Positions 19,832 to 31,921 of a stretch of 64,000 nucleotides of DNA are shown here, piece after piece (positions within the stretch are counted from its first letter, which is position 1; every line of letters starts with the position of its first letter). Under the pieces are notes generated by a model. That model was not told the DNA's origin. It was given only the letters and a program-made list of their open reading frames with translations, and did no database searches. Position numbers and translations under genes: made by a program. Origin of the DNA: an uncultured Verrucomicrobiae bacterium. GTDB taxonomy: Bacteria > Verrucomicrobiota > Verrucomicrobiia > Chthoniobacterales > UBA10450. The stretch lies in contig CAVWPA010000001.1 in assembly GCA_963756875.1 (NCBI GenBank), forward strand, positions 608,001-672,000. The letters run 5' to 3'.

Positions 19832-20095
19832 GGCGATCCCGTTCTTCTCACTGAACTCTGGCGCAATATCCTGCCCATGGAGATGTGCTCAAATACCCCA
19901 AAGGAAGGAGGGCCGCAAGAGTTTGGCGCGGCTCGGCCCCTCGCGAAATTTCGCGCTGCGCTGCGACGGGTAGGTTAAGACCCGCCTCCATGAAAACCCG
20001 GCAACACGCCGCGCTCGCGTTTTCTGAGCCCTGTCTCCGAAAGAGGCTTGCGATTTCACTTTGGAAATCGGCGATAGACTCCTTATCTTCGCAGG

Positions 20096-21391
20096 GTGAT
20101 CGATCGTTATTCGCGGCCCGAAATGCGTCAGATCTGGTCGGATGAGCGTAAATTCCAGATCTGGCTTGAAATCGAATTGCTCGCCTGCGAGGCGATGGCA
20201 GAGCTCGGCCAGATACCAAAAAGCGACGCCGCGGAAATTCGCAAGCGTGCGCGTTTTTCTATTCCCGAAATTGCCGAGATAGAGAAACGGACAAATCACG
20301 ATGTCATCGCCTTTCTCGAAAACGTAGCCGCATCTGTTGGGCCGGCGGCACGCTGGATTCATCAGGGGCTGACCTCGTCGGACATTCTGGACACGGCGCT
20401 GGCCGTGCAATTGACGGAGTCGATCAAACTTCTTGCCGACGACTTGAAGAGCCTTCGCGGCGCCGTGGCCGTTCAGGCGCGACGTTTCAAGATGACTCCG
20501 ATGATCGGACGCAGTCATGGCGTGCATGCCGAACCAGTTACATTTGGATTGAAGATGGCGTTGATGTTCGATGAATTTGGACGTGCCGAAGAAAGGCTTG
20601 CGCAAACATGTGAGCGGGTTCGCGTAGGAAAAATCAGCGGCGCCGTCGGCACGCACGCGCACATCGATCCCAAAATCGAGCGGATCGTTTGCGAGAAGCT
20701 GGGATTGCGGCCGGCGATTCTTTCCACTCAGATCGTCCAACGCGACAGGCACGCGGAGTTTTTAACTACGCTGGCCGTGATTGCCTCCAGCATTGACCGG
20801 TGGGCCACGGAGTTTCGTCATTTGCAACGAACGGAGGTGCTCGAAGTTGAGGAGTTTTTCGGTGCGGAACAGAAAGGCAGTTCGGCCATGCCGCATAAGC
20901 GAAATCCGATCACGAGCGAGCGCCTGAGCGGCCTGGCCCGTGTCATCCGCGGCAATTCCATTGTCGCGCTGGAAAACGTCGCGCTTTGGCACGAGCGCGA
21001 TATCAGTCATTCCAGCGCGGAGAGAATCATCCTGCCGGACTCGTGCATTCTGCTTGATTACATGCTGACGCAACTGCGCACGCTGGTGGAGCGTCTGCAG
21101 GTTTACCCGGAGCGGATGCAACAAAACCTGGAGCTCACCCGGGGGTTGTATTTCAGCCAATCGATTCTACTCGCGCTCACACGGGCCGGTACGGAGCGGA
21201 AGAGCGCCTACGAAGCAGTACAGCTGGCAGCGATGAAAACATGGAAGGGTGAAGGAACGCTTGCGGAGAACCTCAAACGGGAACCGGAGATCGCGGCGAA
21301 ACTTTCAGGGGCAGAGATCGACCGGCTCTGCTCTCTCGACGTTCACTTTCAACACGTCGATGCGACGTTTAAAGCGCTTGGTTTGGAATGA
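20096..21391 (+). CDS. purB: Adenylosuccinate lyase
   Basis: MIDRYSRPEM, GRSHGVHAEP, GSSAMPHKRNP and LWHERDISHSS motifs. Confidence 0.97.
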   Translation: MIDRYSRPEMRQIWSDERKFQIWLEIELLACEAMAELGQIPKSDAAEIRKRARFSIPEIAEIEKRTNHDVIAFLENVAASVGPAARWIHQGLTSSDILDTALAVQLTESIKLLADDLKSLRGAVAVQARRFKMTPMIGRSHGVHAEPVTFGLKMALMFDEFGRAEERLAQTCERVRVGKISGAVGTHAHIDPKIERIVCEKLGLRPAILSTQIVQRDRHAEFLTTLAVIASSIDRWATEFRHLQRTEVLEVEEFFGAEQKGSSAMPHKRNPITSERLSGLARVIRGNSIVALENVALWHERDISHSSAERIILPDSCILLDYMLTQLRTLVERLQVYPERMQQNLELTRGLYFSQSILLALTRAGTERKSAYEAVQLAAMKTWKGEGTLAENLKREPEIAAKLSGAEIDRLCSLDVHFQHVDATFKALGLE

Positions 21392-21416
21392 GCGGCTGCG
21401 GGAAGCGCTCCGCGAT

Positions 21417-23339
21417 TTATTTCACCGGCCTCAGCAGAAGTTCGGCAATTCGTCCGGATTGATCGAGCTTGGCGGCCGCAACCTCGAAACGGGCGCCCTT
21501 TGCTTTTGGATCGAGCGTGACGTTCACGATGTTCGTTCGCCATTTCAATATCAATCGCGCCACCTGAAAGGTCGGGGAGAGTTCCGCCGCGGCCAGTTCA
21601 AGATGCGCAAGCAACTCCACTGTCATCGGCGTGGTCCCGGCAGGCGTTAACTGCACCCGTGTACGGGCTTCGTTTGGGACAACGGAAACCCCGCCGATTT
21701 GGAAGGCACTTCGCGTTTGCGCGGGCTGAAAAGGCGTTGCCGTCGGAACGATCCGCACGGTTGCGATCCGGCCGTTGCCGTCCAACTCTGCCGCTCCCAG
21801 TTGAAATCCCATTTCGGAGGGAATCGCGTCACGCACCGCGGTGGATGGCAAATGCAGGGACGCGATAGACGAAGCGGGCTTCGCTCGAATGGCGCCCATC
21901 TGGAGCTGAGGCGTGAGGTGTATCGCCAATACCTCCAGAAAAAGCCCAAGGACAGTGTCGCTTGAATCGGCGGCTGCGACGGCCACTGTTGTTGAAGCCA
22001 CTGGCCTCTGGACTGGTGGGAGTTCAAGTTTTTCAGGCGCGAGCACGCTGCCGGCGACGCGGTGCGAGAGGGCGGTGAGCGATTCTCGAATTTTCGCCTT
22101 TATTTTCTCGGGCGCCACAGGGGCCGCAGCTGTTGCCGTCTTCGCTGCTGAAACCGCTTTTATGCTTGGTCGAAGCGCTGGCGGCTCGCCTGCCAAGGTT
22201 TGCTGCACAAGCTGAACCAGCGCGTCGGACAAAAATGGCTTCTCGATGGTCGCGACTATATTGCCAAGTTCCCCGGCGACCGCAGTCATTGCGGCTACAT
22301 GTCCGGACATCATTAGTACCGGGACATGAGCAGTCTTTTCGTTCTCGAGAAGACGCCTGCAAACCTCGTCTCCGTTCAAATCCGGCAGGCTGTAATCGAG
22401 CAGGACCAGGTCGGGATTAATTTGCTCGATCTGGCTTAATCCTTCAGTTCCGCTCAGGGCGGTTGTGATTTGCAGCTCGGGATCGGCCGTGGCGAGAACG
22501 TCCGCGACGAAGATGAGCAGCATTTCGGTATCGTCGACCACGACAATTTTCTTGCCGGTTTTGACGCGCGATCTCGCCGGGGGCGCTTTTTCGGTCGCCG
22601 CGATCGCGGCGGGCTCCGCAATTTTATTTTCGCGAAGCGCTTCGATGAAAATTGTTACCCAATCGCGATGGATTGTGCGACGTGGCGAAACCGAAGGATT
22701 CGGTTCGCTTACGCGCGCTTCGGTCCACGTCAGGATTTCGATCAGCGCATCCCGGCCGGCCAATCTGCCTGCTTCGGCATGTGAGATCTGGCCTTCCGCG
22801 ATATGAATTTTTCCCGACCGTTTTGCGCCCGCCTCGATATCAACGATTGCGGTCGTACCAGCCGCACAGTGTAAAAGCAAAATGTCGATCGGATTGAGCA
22901 CACTCAAGCTCCCGCGCGGGACGTCGGATTCGCGCCACGGACCGAGCACGGCCTGAACGGCTGCACCGAGGGCGGCCAATTCGAATGGTTTGTTAATGAA
23001 TTGCAGCGCACCGAAAGAACCGCGCTCGCTTGCAATCTCTTCAGGGATTCCCGCGCCAATTACGAGCACGCGGGCGGCCGGGTGTGCCGTTCGCATGTCC
23101 CACAAAAATTCCGTGATTCCCGCCCACGGAGGATCGGCGTCGATGACGAAGAGCTCGGGCCTGGTTTCAGCGGCGAGTTTTTCGGCCTCAGCCAACGACC
23201 GGGCGACAGACGTTTTGTGCTTCGGTGCGAATTTCTTCAGCGCCGAGCTAATCGCAGCGGCCAGCGCGTCGTACTCTTCGAGCAGCAGGATGCTACGCTG
23301 CGACCCGGTCCTGGCGGAAAGTGAATGAAGAGCAGGCAC
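21417..23339 (-). CDS. Multi-domain response regulator (degenerate REC, DUF4388-like, REC, unknown C-terminal domain)
   Basis: First REC-like domain (LLLEEY..FINKPF); GKIHIAEGQISHAE..GRDALIEILTW; second REC VVVDD..VLLDYSLPDLNG..IEKPF. Confidence 0.8.
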   Translation of the reverse strand: MPALHSLSARTGSQRSILLLEEYDALAAAISSALKKFAPKHKTSVARSLAEAEKLAAETRPELFVIDADPPWAGITEFLWDMRTAHPAARVLVIGAGIPEEIASERGSFGALQFINKPFELAALGAAVQAVLGPWRESDVPRGSLSVLNPIDILLLHCAAGTTAIVDIEAGAKRSGKIHIAEGQISHAEAGRLAGRDALIEILTWTEARVSEPNPSVSPRRTIHRDWVTIFIEALRENKIAEPAAIAATEKAPPARSRVKTGKKIVVVDDTEMLLIFVADVLATADPELQITTALSGTEGLSQIEQINPDLVLLDYSLPDLNGDEVCRRLLENEKTAHVPVLMMSGHVAAMTAVAGELGNIVATIEKPFLSDALVQLVQQTLAGEPPALRPSIKAVSAAKTATAAAPVAPEKIKAKIRESLTALSHRVAGSVLAPEKLELPPVQRPVASTTVAVAAADSSDTVLGLFLEVLAIHLTPQLQMGAIRAKPASSIASLHLPSTAVRDAIPSEMGFQLGAAELDGNGRIATVRIVPTATPFQPAQTRSAFQIGGVSVVPNEARTRVQLTPAGTTPMTVELLAHLELAAAELSPTFQVARLILKWRTNIVNVTLDPKAKGARFEVAAAKLDQSGRIAELLLRPVK

Positions 23340-23452
23340 GTCGGCAACGGCTCAAAATTACGAGAGTAGAATAAGCGTCGGGCATGGTCAAAGGAAACGA
23401 GTGCAAGTTGTGTGCCTCATGGCCGTAAAACGCCTGCCCGCCCCTGCGTATC

Positions 23453-24739
23453 TTATTCGTAGCGTAGCGCTTCGATTGGGTCGAGCGACGCCGCCCGATA
23501 AGCCGGATAAAGGCCAAAGCCGATGCCGATGCCCGAGCAGACGAGCAATCCGGCGATTGCCCAGCCAAAGGGGAAAATCAGCTCCGCTTTTAGCCAGGCG
23601 GCCAGCAAATCGCCGCCGACAACGCCGAGAACAATTCCTAAAATTCCGCCCGCTTCAGAGATGAAAACCGCCTCCGTCAAAAATTGCCGTAGAATGTCAT
23701 GGCTGCGTGCTCCAATCGATTTGCGCACGCCGATCTCTTTCGTCCGCTCGGTCACGCTCACCAGCATAATGTTCATGATTCCGATGCCGGCCGCGACCAG
23801 AGCGATAAAGCTGATGACAAATGCACCGATCCGGACTATGCCGGCGATCGAAATGAAAGCGGTTTTGAGCGAATCATTGGTGTAAATTTCGAAGTCATTT
23901 TCCTGGTTGGCGCGCAGTCCGCGCGCGATGCGAATCGCCCCGATGCCCCGATCGAATGTTTGATTGTAAAGTTCCCGCGAGAAGGGCTGGGTGGCGATGT
24001 TCACTGTCCGATTCGCTTCGCCGTAATTTTGAAAAAACCGCGTGATCGGAATGAGGCAGATGTCGTCCTGGCTTTGACCGAAAGCAGTCCCTTTTTCTTC
24101 AAGGACGCCGATCACCGTATAAGTATGACCGGTGACCCTGATTACTTTGCCAATCGGCGTTTCATGCGGGAACAGAGTTTTCTCAACGTCTTTGCCGACG
24201 ACAATAACGTTGCGCGCAAGATCGACATCTTCGTCGGTCAGGTTGCGGCCGTAGGCGATCGTGTAGGCGTTGGAGGCGAGGAACCCTCGATTTGTTCCGA
24301 CGAGCTGCAGGCTCGGTGCTGTCTTGACACCGTGATAAACGGCCTGCCCTTTCAGGTCGCGTCCAAAAGTTTTCAAACAAATCTCTCGCGCGCTTCCTTC
24401 CATCAGATGGTAATAACGCAGGGCCTCCCGGTAGGTAATATTTCGGCGGTTCTGATATTTTTTCTGCACATTGCCGCCGCCCGCATCCACGTTCACCGGA
24501 TATTTGGCAAACTGGAAAACATTCGAACCAAGGAAGCTAATGCCGTTTTCAATCGAGCTTTGCAGCGCACCGACTGCGGTCATCACCGAGATCACCGAAA
24601 AAACACCGATGGTGATGCCAAACATGGTCAATCCCGAGCGCAATTTGTTCGTGCCTAACGAACTTAACGCCATGGTTATGATTTCGCGGAAACGCATCTC
24701 AGGGAAATCAATTTTCGAACTCCGAAAGAAAGATGGCAA
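23453..24739 (-). CDS. MacB/FtsX-type ABC transporter permease
   Basis: NKLRSGLTMFGITIG, GIGIMNIMLVSVTERTKEIGVRKSIGA and DPIEALRYE motifs; true start may be the internal MRFRE. Confidence 0.92.
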   Translation of the reverse strand: MPSFFRSSKIDFPEMRFREIITMALSSLGTNKLRSGLTMFGITIGVFSVISVMTAVGALQSSIENGISFLGSNVFQFAKYPVNVDAGGGNVQKKYQNRRNITYREALRYYHLMEGSAREICLKTFGRDLKGQAVYHGVKTAPSLQLVGTNRGFLASNAYTIAYGRNLTDEDVDLARNVIVVGKDVEKTLFPHETPIGKVIRVTGHTYTVIGVLEEKGTAFGQSQDDICLIPITRFFQNYGEANRTVNIATQPFSRELYNQTFDRGIGAIRIARGLRANQENDFEIYTNDSLKTAFISIAGIVRIGAFVISFIALVAAGIGIMNIMLVSVTERTKEIGVRKSIGARSHDILRQFLTEAVFISEAGGILGIVLGVVGGDLLAAWLKAELIFPFGWAIAGLLVCSGIGIGFGLYPAYRAASLDPIEALRYE

Positions 24740-24765
24740 TTCGAAGTTGCGGCGTCATCCGGCCT

Positions 24766-24826
24766 CGCCCCGACAGAGCGGGGCGGCTACACCCTTGAGC
24801 TGTAGCCACGGCGCTCTGTCGCCGTG
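24766..24826. repeat. Pair of GTAG-type REP-like hairpins
   Basis: GTAGCCGCCCCGCTCTGTCGGGGCG on the minus strand and GTAGCCACGGCGCTCTGTCGCCGTG on the plus strand; same family recurs at 37019-37097. Confidence 0.65.
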
Positions 24827-24847
24827 TTTGAATTTCGAGTTTACTCA

Positions 24848-26098
24848 TCACTCATAGCGTAATGCGGCCACCGGATCGAGCCGGGAGGCCGACCAGGCAG
24901 GAGCAAAACCCGAAACCAGACCGGTTAGGACGGAAACCATGACGCTGCCCATGACAAGTCCGAGAGAGAAGCGGATCGGAAAATCGGGGAACGCTTTGCC
25001 AATTCCCGAACAGAATGAAATAGGCCAGAGTGAGGCCGATAAATCCGCCGAGCAGACAAAGCGCTGTGGATTCGATCAGGAATTGCAGACAGGATCGTGC
25101 GCCGGCGCGCTCCCAGCGCCTTGCGCGTGCCGATCTCTTTCGTTCGCTCTTTCACGCTGACAAACGTGATGTTCATGATCCCGATGGCGCCGACAAAAAG
25201 CGCAAGGCCGGTGATGAAGAGTCCGGCGATGGCGATTGAGTTCTTTACCGGGCCGAGCGTACTCTTGAACGCCTCTTGTTCGTTGATTGAAAAGTCGTCC
25301 TTCTTTTCCGGCGGCAATCCACGGACTCGGCGCATCAAGCCGGTCAGTTCATCTTTCGCCTCGGCCAGTTTGGTCTTGTCCTTCACTTTTACGCGAATAT
25401 CAGACTCACTTTTCGCGCTGAAGTACTTGTTGAATGCCGGCAGCGGCATTACGACCATCGAATCCCAGCTGAACAAACCCATAAAAGTTCCCTGCCGTGC
25501 GTTGACTCCAACAACTTTGAAAAGCTGGCCGTTGATCAGGACCGATTTGTCGATTGGGCTTTCCGATGGGAAAAGTGCGTCGGCCACATCGTAACCGATG
25601 ACGCAAACATTCGAGCCGCCGCGCGACTCCATGTCGTTAAAAAAGCGGCCTTCGGTGCAATCGACTGTCGAGGTAACGACAAAGTCGGAAGTGGTGCCGA
25701 GGACGAAAACGTTGTTTACCTCGTTGTCCGCGTATTTAACGCTGCGAATGAGGCTGGAGGTCGGGACCGCCACAATCAGATTTGAGTTGGGCGTGGCCGC
25801 GATCATGCGGTTGAGCGTCGGCGTAATTCGTTTCGATCTTTTTGCGATCGCGATAATTCCACCAGTCAGTCACCGGCTTCCACGGCCATTGGCCGACGTA
25901 CAGGACGTCGTCACCCAGCACGGACATGCTCTTGTCGAAGCCGGTCTGGATCCCGTTGATCGCCGTCCCCATCAAAGTGACTGCCACGATTCCGATAATG
26001 ACGCCCAGCGCAGTCAGAGTGGACCGCGTTTTGTTTGCGCGCATTTGAGCGACCGCGATCTTCCAACTCTCGGTAAGTTCGTAAACGAAACGTTTCAT
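24848..26098 (-). pseudogene. MacB/FtsX-type ABC permease, frameshifted (possibly assembly errors)
   Basis: Permease motifs are spread over several frames (MRANKTRSTLTALG; IMNITFVSVKERTKEIG; final DPVAALRYE*), with breaks near 25.8 kb and 25.1 kb. Confidence 0.8.
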
Positions 26099-26943
26099 GA
26101 CCCGACCGTGGCATCGGCTTCCAGCCGATCTCCCCTTGGCAGGACGCTAACGCCGCCAAGTCCGCCCTCATCGCTTTCGACGATGCCGTCGCGAAGATGA
26201 ACGGTGCGCCGAGCATGGCGCGCGATGTCCCGCTCATGGGTGACCAGAATGATGGTATTGCCGCGCTGATAAAGGTTTTCAAGCAGGGCCATGATTTCCT
26301 CGCCGGTTTTGGAATCCAGGTTGCCGGTCGGTTCGTCGGCCAAAATAATCGATGGCCGGTTAACAAGAGCGCGTGCAATGGCAACGCGCTGGCGCTGGCC
26401 TCCCGACAGCTCGTTGGGTTTATGGTGCATTCGGTCACCCAGACCAACATCGAACAGCGCCTGAATCGCCCGCTCTTCGCGGGTTTCCGGGTCGATCCCC
26501 GCATAGATCAGCGGCAACTCCACGTTACGCAGGCTATTGGCGCGCGGAAGCAGATTGAACGTCTGGAAAACGAACCCGATTTCGCGATTCCGGATCGCGG
26601 CAAGTTCATCGTCATCCATCTCGGCGACATTTCGGCCGTTAAATTCGTAACGTCCGGAGGTGGGAGTATCGAGACAGCCGAGCATGTTCATGAGAGTCGA
26701 TTTGCCGCTGCCGCTCGGGCCCATGACTGCGAGGTATTCGTTACGGTGAATTTGCAGCGAAACGCCTCGCAAGGCGTGAACGATTTCTTCGCCCATCACG
26801 TAATTCTTCGTGATGTTCTCGATATCGATGACCAGCGGACCGGGCGGTCGAACTGAGGCCTTACCCGGGAGTGATTCGAATCCCGGGTTTCCGATGTCAG
26901 ATCCCGGATTATTCTGAACCACGCTCCATGGGACCCCGGACAT
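26095..26943 (-). CDS. ABC transporter ATP-binding subunit (LolD/MacB-like)
   Basis: [33 protein letters not shown] and ADEPTGNLD motifs. Confidence 0.94.
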   Translation of the reverse strand: MSGVPWSVVQNNPGSDIGNPGFESLPGKASVRPPGPLVIDIENITKNYVMGEEIVHALRGVSLQIHRNEYLAVMGPSGSGKSTLMNMLGCLDTPTSGRYEFNGRNVAEMDDDELAAIRNREIGFVFQTFNLLPRANSLRNVELPLIYAGIDPETREERAIQALFDVGLGDRMHHKPNELSGGQRQRVAIARALVNRPSIILADEPTGNLDSKTGEEIMALLENLYQRGNTIILVTHERDIARHARRTVHLRDGIVESDEGGLGGVSVLPRGDRLEADATVGS

Positions 26944-28300
26944 TATTCGATCCTTCTTTGTCGATGGTCACTTTGGCGCCATTTTTGAGTTTACGACTAA
27001 TTGCGCTGTAGGTGCCGGAGATCACTTCGTCCCCCGGCTTGATGCCGTTCTTGATTTCCATGTAGGAATCGTCCGCGATCCCCGTGGTCACTTTGACCAT
27101 GTGCACTTTGCTGCCGTTTTTTAGAAAAACGACCTTCAAGAGTTTTTCCCGCTCTTCCTTTTGCGCTTTTTTCCTGGCGTTCGTTAGTTACTTCCGCGTT
27201 GTTGTCGCTTTTGTCGCGTGCCGCCATCTTCAGTTTGCGCTTCTCGATTTCCTCGGGGCTGAGATTGGTATCGCCGGTGCGAATGGTAACGCTCTGCAAC
27301 GGCACGGCCACGGCATTCTTTACCATGTTGGTCTCGATGTCCGCGGTGCAGCTTAACCCCGGCCGCAGACGCATATTTTCGTTCTGTAGATTGATTTTCA
27401 CTTCGAAGTTGGTCACTTCCTCCTGTGTGCCGGCTCCGGTTGTCTTACCCGTGTTCGCAATTTGGTGCCACGGTCCCGTTAAATTTCCGATCGCCATAAG
27501 CGTCGATCTTTACCGTCGTCTTGTCCCCGATCTTGACCTTGACGACGTCATTCTCGTTAACATCCACAACCGCCTGCATGTGCCCGAGATCGGCCACTCG
27601 CATCACTTCCGTGCCCGCGAATTGGTTCGTCGCCACCACCCGTTCGCCCAGTTTGCTGTTTAAAACTGTGACGGTTCCGTCCATCGGCGAGTAAATCGTC
27701 GTCTTCGAAAGTTCGTCGCGTGCTTGACTCGATCCGGCTTGCGCGCGTTCGATCTCGTGCAGCGAGCTTTCATAAGTGTTCTTCGCTACATCGTAAGCCG
27801 CCTGGGCCGCGTTGAATTCCTGCGCCGAAATCAATTTCTTATTGAACAGATCCTGGACCGTTTGAGGTCCTGGTCGACTTTCACCATGGTCGCTTTTTGC
27901 TCGAGGTTCGTTGCTTTGGCCGAGCTGATCGCCGCTTCCATGCTGCTCCACCTGCGCTTTGTAGGTATCCGGTTTGATTCGCACCAGTAAATCGCCCTTT
28001 TTCACCCGCTTCCCGTCTTCAACCGGGAGATCGATGATTTCGCCGGCCACTTCCGGGGAAATTTTGACTTCCGTTTCAGGCTGGATCTTTCCCGTGGCCG
28101 AAACCGTTTGCACAATGGTTCTGCGCGCCGCTTTTTCGGTCGTGACTGGGATCGGTTTTTCCCGTTTGCTCAAAATAATGGAAACAACGATCCAGAGGAG
28201 CAAAAGCCCAACGGAACCGAAGATAATGTAGCGCCTCCGGCGCGCCCGTCTCTTTTTTGAGTCTGCGACATGATTTGGGGCGTGGATGCGGTTTGGTGCA
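26941..28300 (-). pseudogene. Efflux periplasmic adaptor (MacA/HlyD-like), multiply frameshifted (possibly assembly errors)
   Basis: Adaptor motifs (SATGKIQP, VEDGKRVKKGDLL, TIYSPMDG, LRPGLSCTADI, VTTGIAD..GDEVI) are split over ORFs 27445-28203, 26997-27497 and 26909-27139. Confidence 0.8.
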
Positions 28301-28375
28301 TGAAATCCTCGGAATGGGGGAAAGAGCTCTCAAATAATCTCTATTTAGAGCTTTGCAAAGGAATGGTGTTCACAG

Positions 28376-29598
28376 CTACACGAGTATTGGATGCAGCGGA
28401 GGCCGGCATTTGGATTCAAATACTTCGCCATAGCCCAAGGCTGGTCCGAAGCGCTCCTGAATGTGCGTAATCGCCCATGCTGCGTGCTCCGCAATCAAGG
28501 GTTCGGGTCTTCGCTGGCGCTTTTGAGTGCCGGCAGGTCTGCGGCGGTTCCCACGTTTCCGAGCGCAACACAGACATTGCGTAAAAAACCTCGCCGTTTG
28601 ATTCGTTTAATTGGTGAATCGTGGAACAAATCGCGAAATTCCGTGTCTCGTTAGTCTCAAATAATCGCGGAGACGCAAACGAGAATGTCGGTCTGCTCGC
28701 CGAAAACGCGCTTTCCCGCGCGACTATGCGCAAAGCGATTCCATGGGCAGGCATCAAGGCAGTCGTCACAGCCAAAAATGCGGTCACCGATAAGCGGGCG
28801 GAATTCGAGTGGGATGGAGGTCTTGTGCTCGATGGTGAGATAAGAAATGCACTGACGAGCATCGAGACGATGTGGTGCGGTGATGGCGCCGGTGGGGCAG
28901 GCGTGATACAACGCTGGCACGTTCCGCAACGGTCGCGGTGCCGGCTGGTCGGGCGGGAGCACGAGCGTAGTTAGAATTTCCGCCAGAAAAAACCAGGTGC
29001 CGAGCCGCTCATCGATCAGCATGGTGCTTTTGCCGTGCCATCCAATTCCGGCGGCAGCCGCATGGTCCCGCTCCAATACCGGTCCGGTATCCACATAGCA
29101 CTTCTGGGTGCCGCCGCACGCGCTAAGAAAAGGTCGATTTTATCGAGCTTGGCGCGAGACATCGTGATAATCGTTGCCCCACGCATAACGCGCGATCCGA
29201 CCACGCGCTGCTTCTTCTGTGGTGGCAGCCGTGTCGGCGGCTGCTCTTCCGTTCCCTTGAAAATAATTGAGTGCCAGAACAATGATTGACTGCGCTCCGG
29301 GCAGGATCTTTTGAGGATCGCGGCGTTTTTCCGCGCCGCGCTGCATATAATCCATTTCGCCTTGCGCTCCTTCGCGGAGCCAGTCGCCAAACTCACGGGC
29401 GTGAGCCGGGGGAGCGCACATGGCGACACGACACGAATCGAAACCAATCTGGCGTGCGAAAGCGACCAGGCGTTCCTTGACCTCCTCATCCGGAATTCGC
29501 GGTGGCCCTGCAGTGGCCGCCGCCTTGCTCGCGAATCCTTTCGGAGTCTCTGGCGGCAACCTGTTTCCTCCCGTAGCGGCTTTTGTGCTTCCATTCAT
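28376..29598 (-). pseudogene. queG: Epoxyqueuosine reductase QueG, frameshifted (possibly assembly errors)
   Basis: RIARYAWGNDYH, DTGPVLER..GIGWHGK, ACPTGAI..DARQCISY and IFGCDDCLDACPWNRF motifs lie in different frames. Confidence 0.85.
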
Positions 29599-30131
29599 TC
29601 CGTTGCCGTTGCAGCCAGCTCCTCAATCCTGCACAGGATCATCTCTGCGACTTCCCCATGGCTTAGCGACGAAGTATCCACCCGAAAATCGGCCGCGGCC
29701 GCATACAGAGGTTTGCGTTTTTTGAGAAGCTCCGAGAACGTTTTTCTCGGATGTTTTGTCTGTAACAAGGGTCGTTCACCGCGCCGGGAGGCTCTCTGGA
29801 AAAGGGTCTTCTCGTCGGCGTCGAGCCAGACAACCGCGCCGAGCCGCTTTAGAAAGTCGACATTCTCCGACCGTAGAACGACGCCACCGCCCGTCACGAT
29901 GATCGATGGCCGATCGGGCGACAATTGTCGAAGCATCTCCGTTTCAGCATCCCGAAACCATGCTTCCCCGTGTTTGGAAAAAATCTCCTGGATCGAAAGT
30001 CCAAATTTCGACGAGATCATTTCATCGGTGTCCGTTCGTGCGAGCCCCGTGCGTCGTTCGAGAAAGCGACCTACGGAAGATTTTCCGGCGCCCATGCAGC
30101 CGATCAGCACAATGGATTTGGCTGAGCTCAC
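29595..30131 (-). CDS. aroK: Shikimate kinase
   Basis: IVLIGCMGAGKSSVG, GEAWFRDAE, TGGGVV and RPLL motifs. Confidence 0.93.
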   Translation of the reverse strand: MSSAKSIVLIGCMGAGKSSVGRFLERRTGLARTDTDEMISSKFGLSIQEIFSKHGEAWFRDAETEMLRQLSPDRPSIIVTGGGVVLRSENVDFLKRLGAVVWLDADEKTLFQRASRRGERPLLQTKHPRKTFSELLKKRKPLYAAAADFRVDTSSLSHGEVAEMILCRIEELAATATE

Positions 30132-30234
30132 ACCTTAATATGCCGTCGAAGGCGAAGATTAAAAGGACTGACCTTTTGCGTTGACCGCAGCATAGGCCCT
30201 GGCTGGGGGCCGCAGCAGAAGCCTGATTGTAGGG

Positions 30235-30937
<703 letters not shown>

Positions 30938-30995
30938 ACAACGAAATGGTACATCGCGCGTGCAATTTGCCGCATCGTTTCGCATTATGTCGGGA

Positions 30996-31751
30996 ATGAC
31001 CCAGCTCGCCGAAATTGTTAAATACACCGACAAATATCTGTGCGTTCGAACGATCGGCGACTGGGATAGAGCATTGAACGGTCTGCAGGTGGAAAACTCA
31101 GGTCGCGTGACAAAAATCGGCGCGGCGGTTGATGTTTCCACGCGCGTTCTGGCCAAGGCAGCCGGCGAGCGTGTCGATCTCCTGATCGTCCATCACGGTC
31201 TGTTTTGGCCGGGTTTGCAGCCGGTTGCCGGCGCCTTGTACCGGGGATTGAAAGTGGCGTTCGAGAACAATATCGCGGTTTACAGCGCTCATTTGCCGCT
31301 GGATGTCCATCCAAAGATCGGCAACAACGCGCTGCTTGCCAAAGCGCTCGGCCTGAGATCGACAAAACCGTTCTTTGAAGAAAAGGGAATGTTGATCGGC
31401 CTGAAGGCGCAGGTTTCCATCGGTCGCGACGACTTGTCGCGCCGGCTCGAGAAGTCGTTAGGCGCAAAAGTGAAAGCGTTTCAATTTGGCCCGAAAAAGA
31501 CCAAAGCAATAGGCGTTATTACAGGCGCGGGCGGCTCGGAAATCTACCGCGTCGCACAGGAAGGGATCGACACGTTTATCACCGGCGAAGCGCCCCATTG
31601 GGCTGCGGTAGCGGCCGGGGAGCTGGGAATTAATCTTTTGCTCGGCGGCCATTACGCCACCGAAACATTCGGCGTGAAAGCGCTCGCCGCCCACCTGTCA
31701 GAGCGTTTCAAATTGCCGTGGAAGTTTCTGGACTTTCCGACCGGCCTTTGA
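30996..31751 (+). CDS. Nif3-like dinuclear metal centre protein (YbgI family)
   Basis: NGLQVE, LIVHHGLFW, HLPLDVHP..GNN and GHYATETFGV motifs. Confidence 0.92.
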   Translation: MTQLAEIVKYTDKYLCVRTIGDWDRALNGLQVENSGRVTKIGAAVDVSTRVLAKAAGERVDLLIVHHGLFWPGLQPVAGALYRGLKVAFENNIAVYSAHLPLDVHPKIGNNALLAKALGLRSTKPFFEEKGMLIGLKAQVSIGRDDLSRRLEKSLGAKVKAFQFGPKKTKAIGVITGAGGSEIYRVAQEGIDTFITGEAPHWAAVAAGELGINLLLGGHYATETFGVKALAAHLSERFKLPWKFLDFPTGL

Positions 31752-31921
31752 CTTTCGGTTTTAACCCTTCGCTTGCTCGGTTTGGCAGTTGGAGCGCCTA
31801 ATTGGCGGGCCCGAAGCGCGGCCCGGCCGGTATCCTAAGAAGATTTCGGCCGTCATTGGAATTTACCGATTGTGCAGTTGGGTGAGAATGGCCAATCATC
31901 AGCCCAAACCCAGAACTGACC

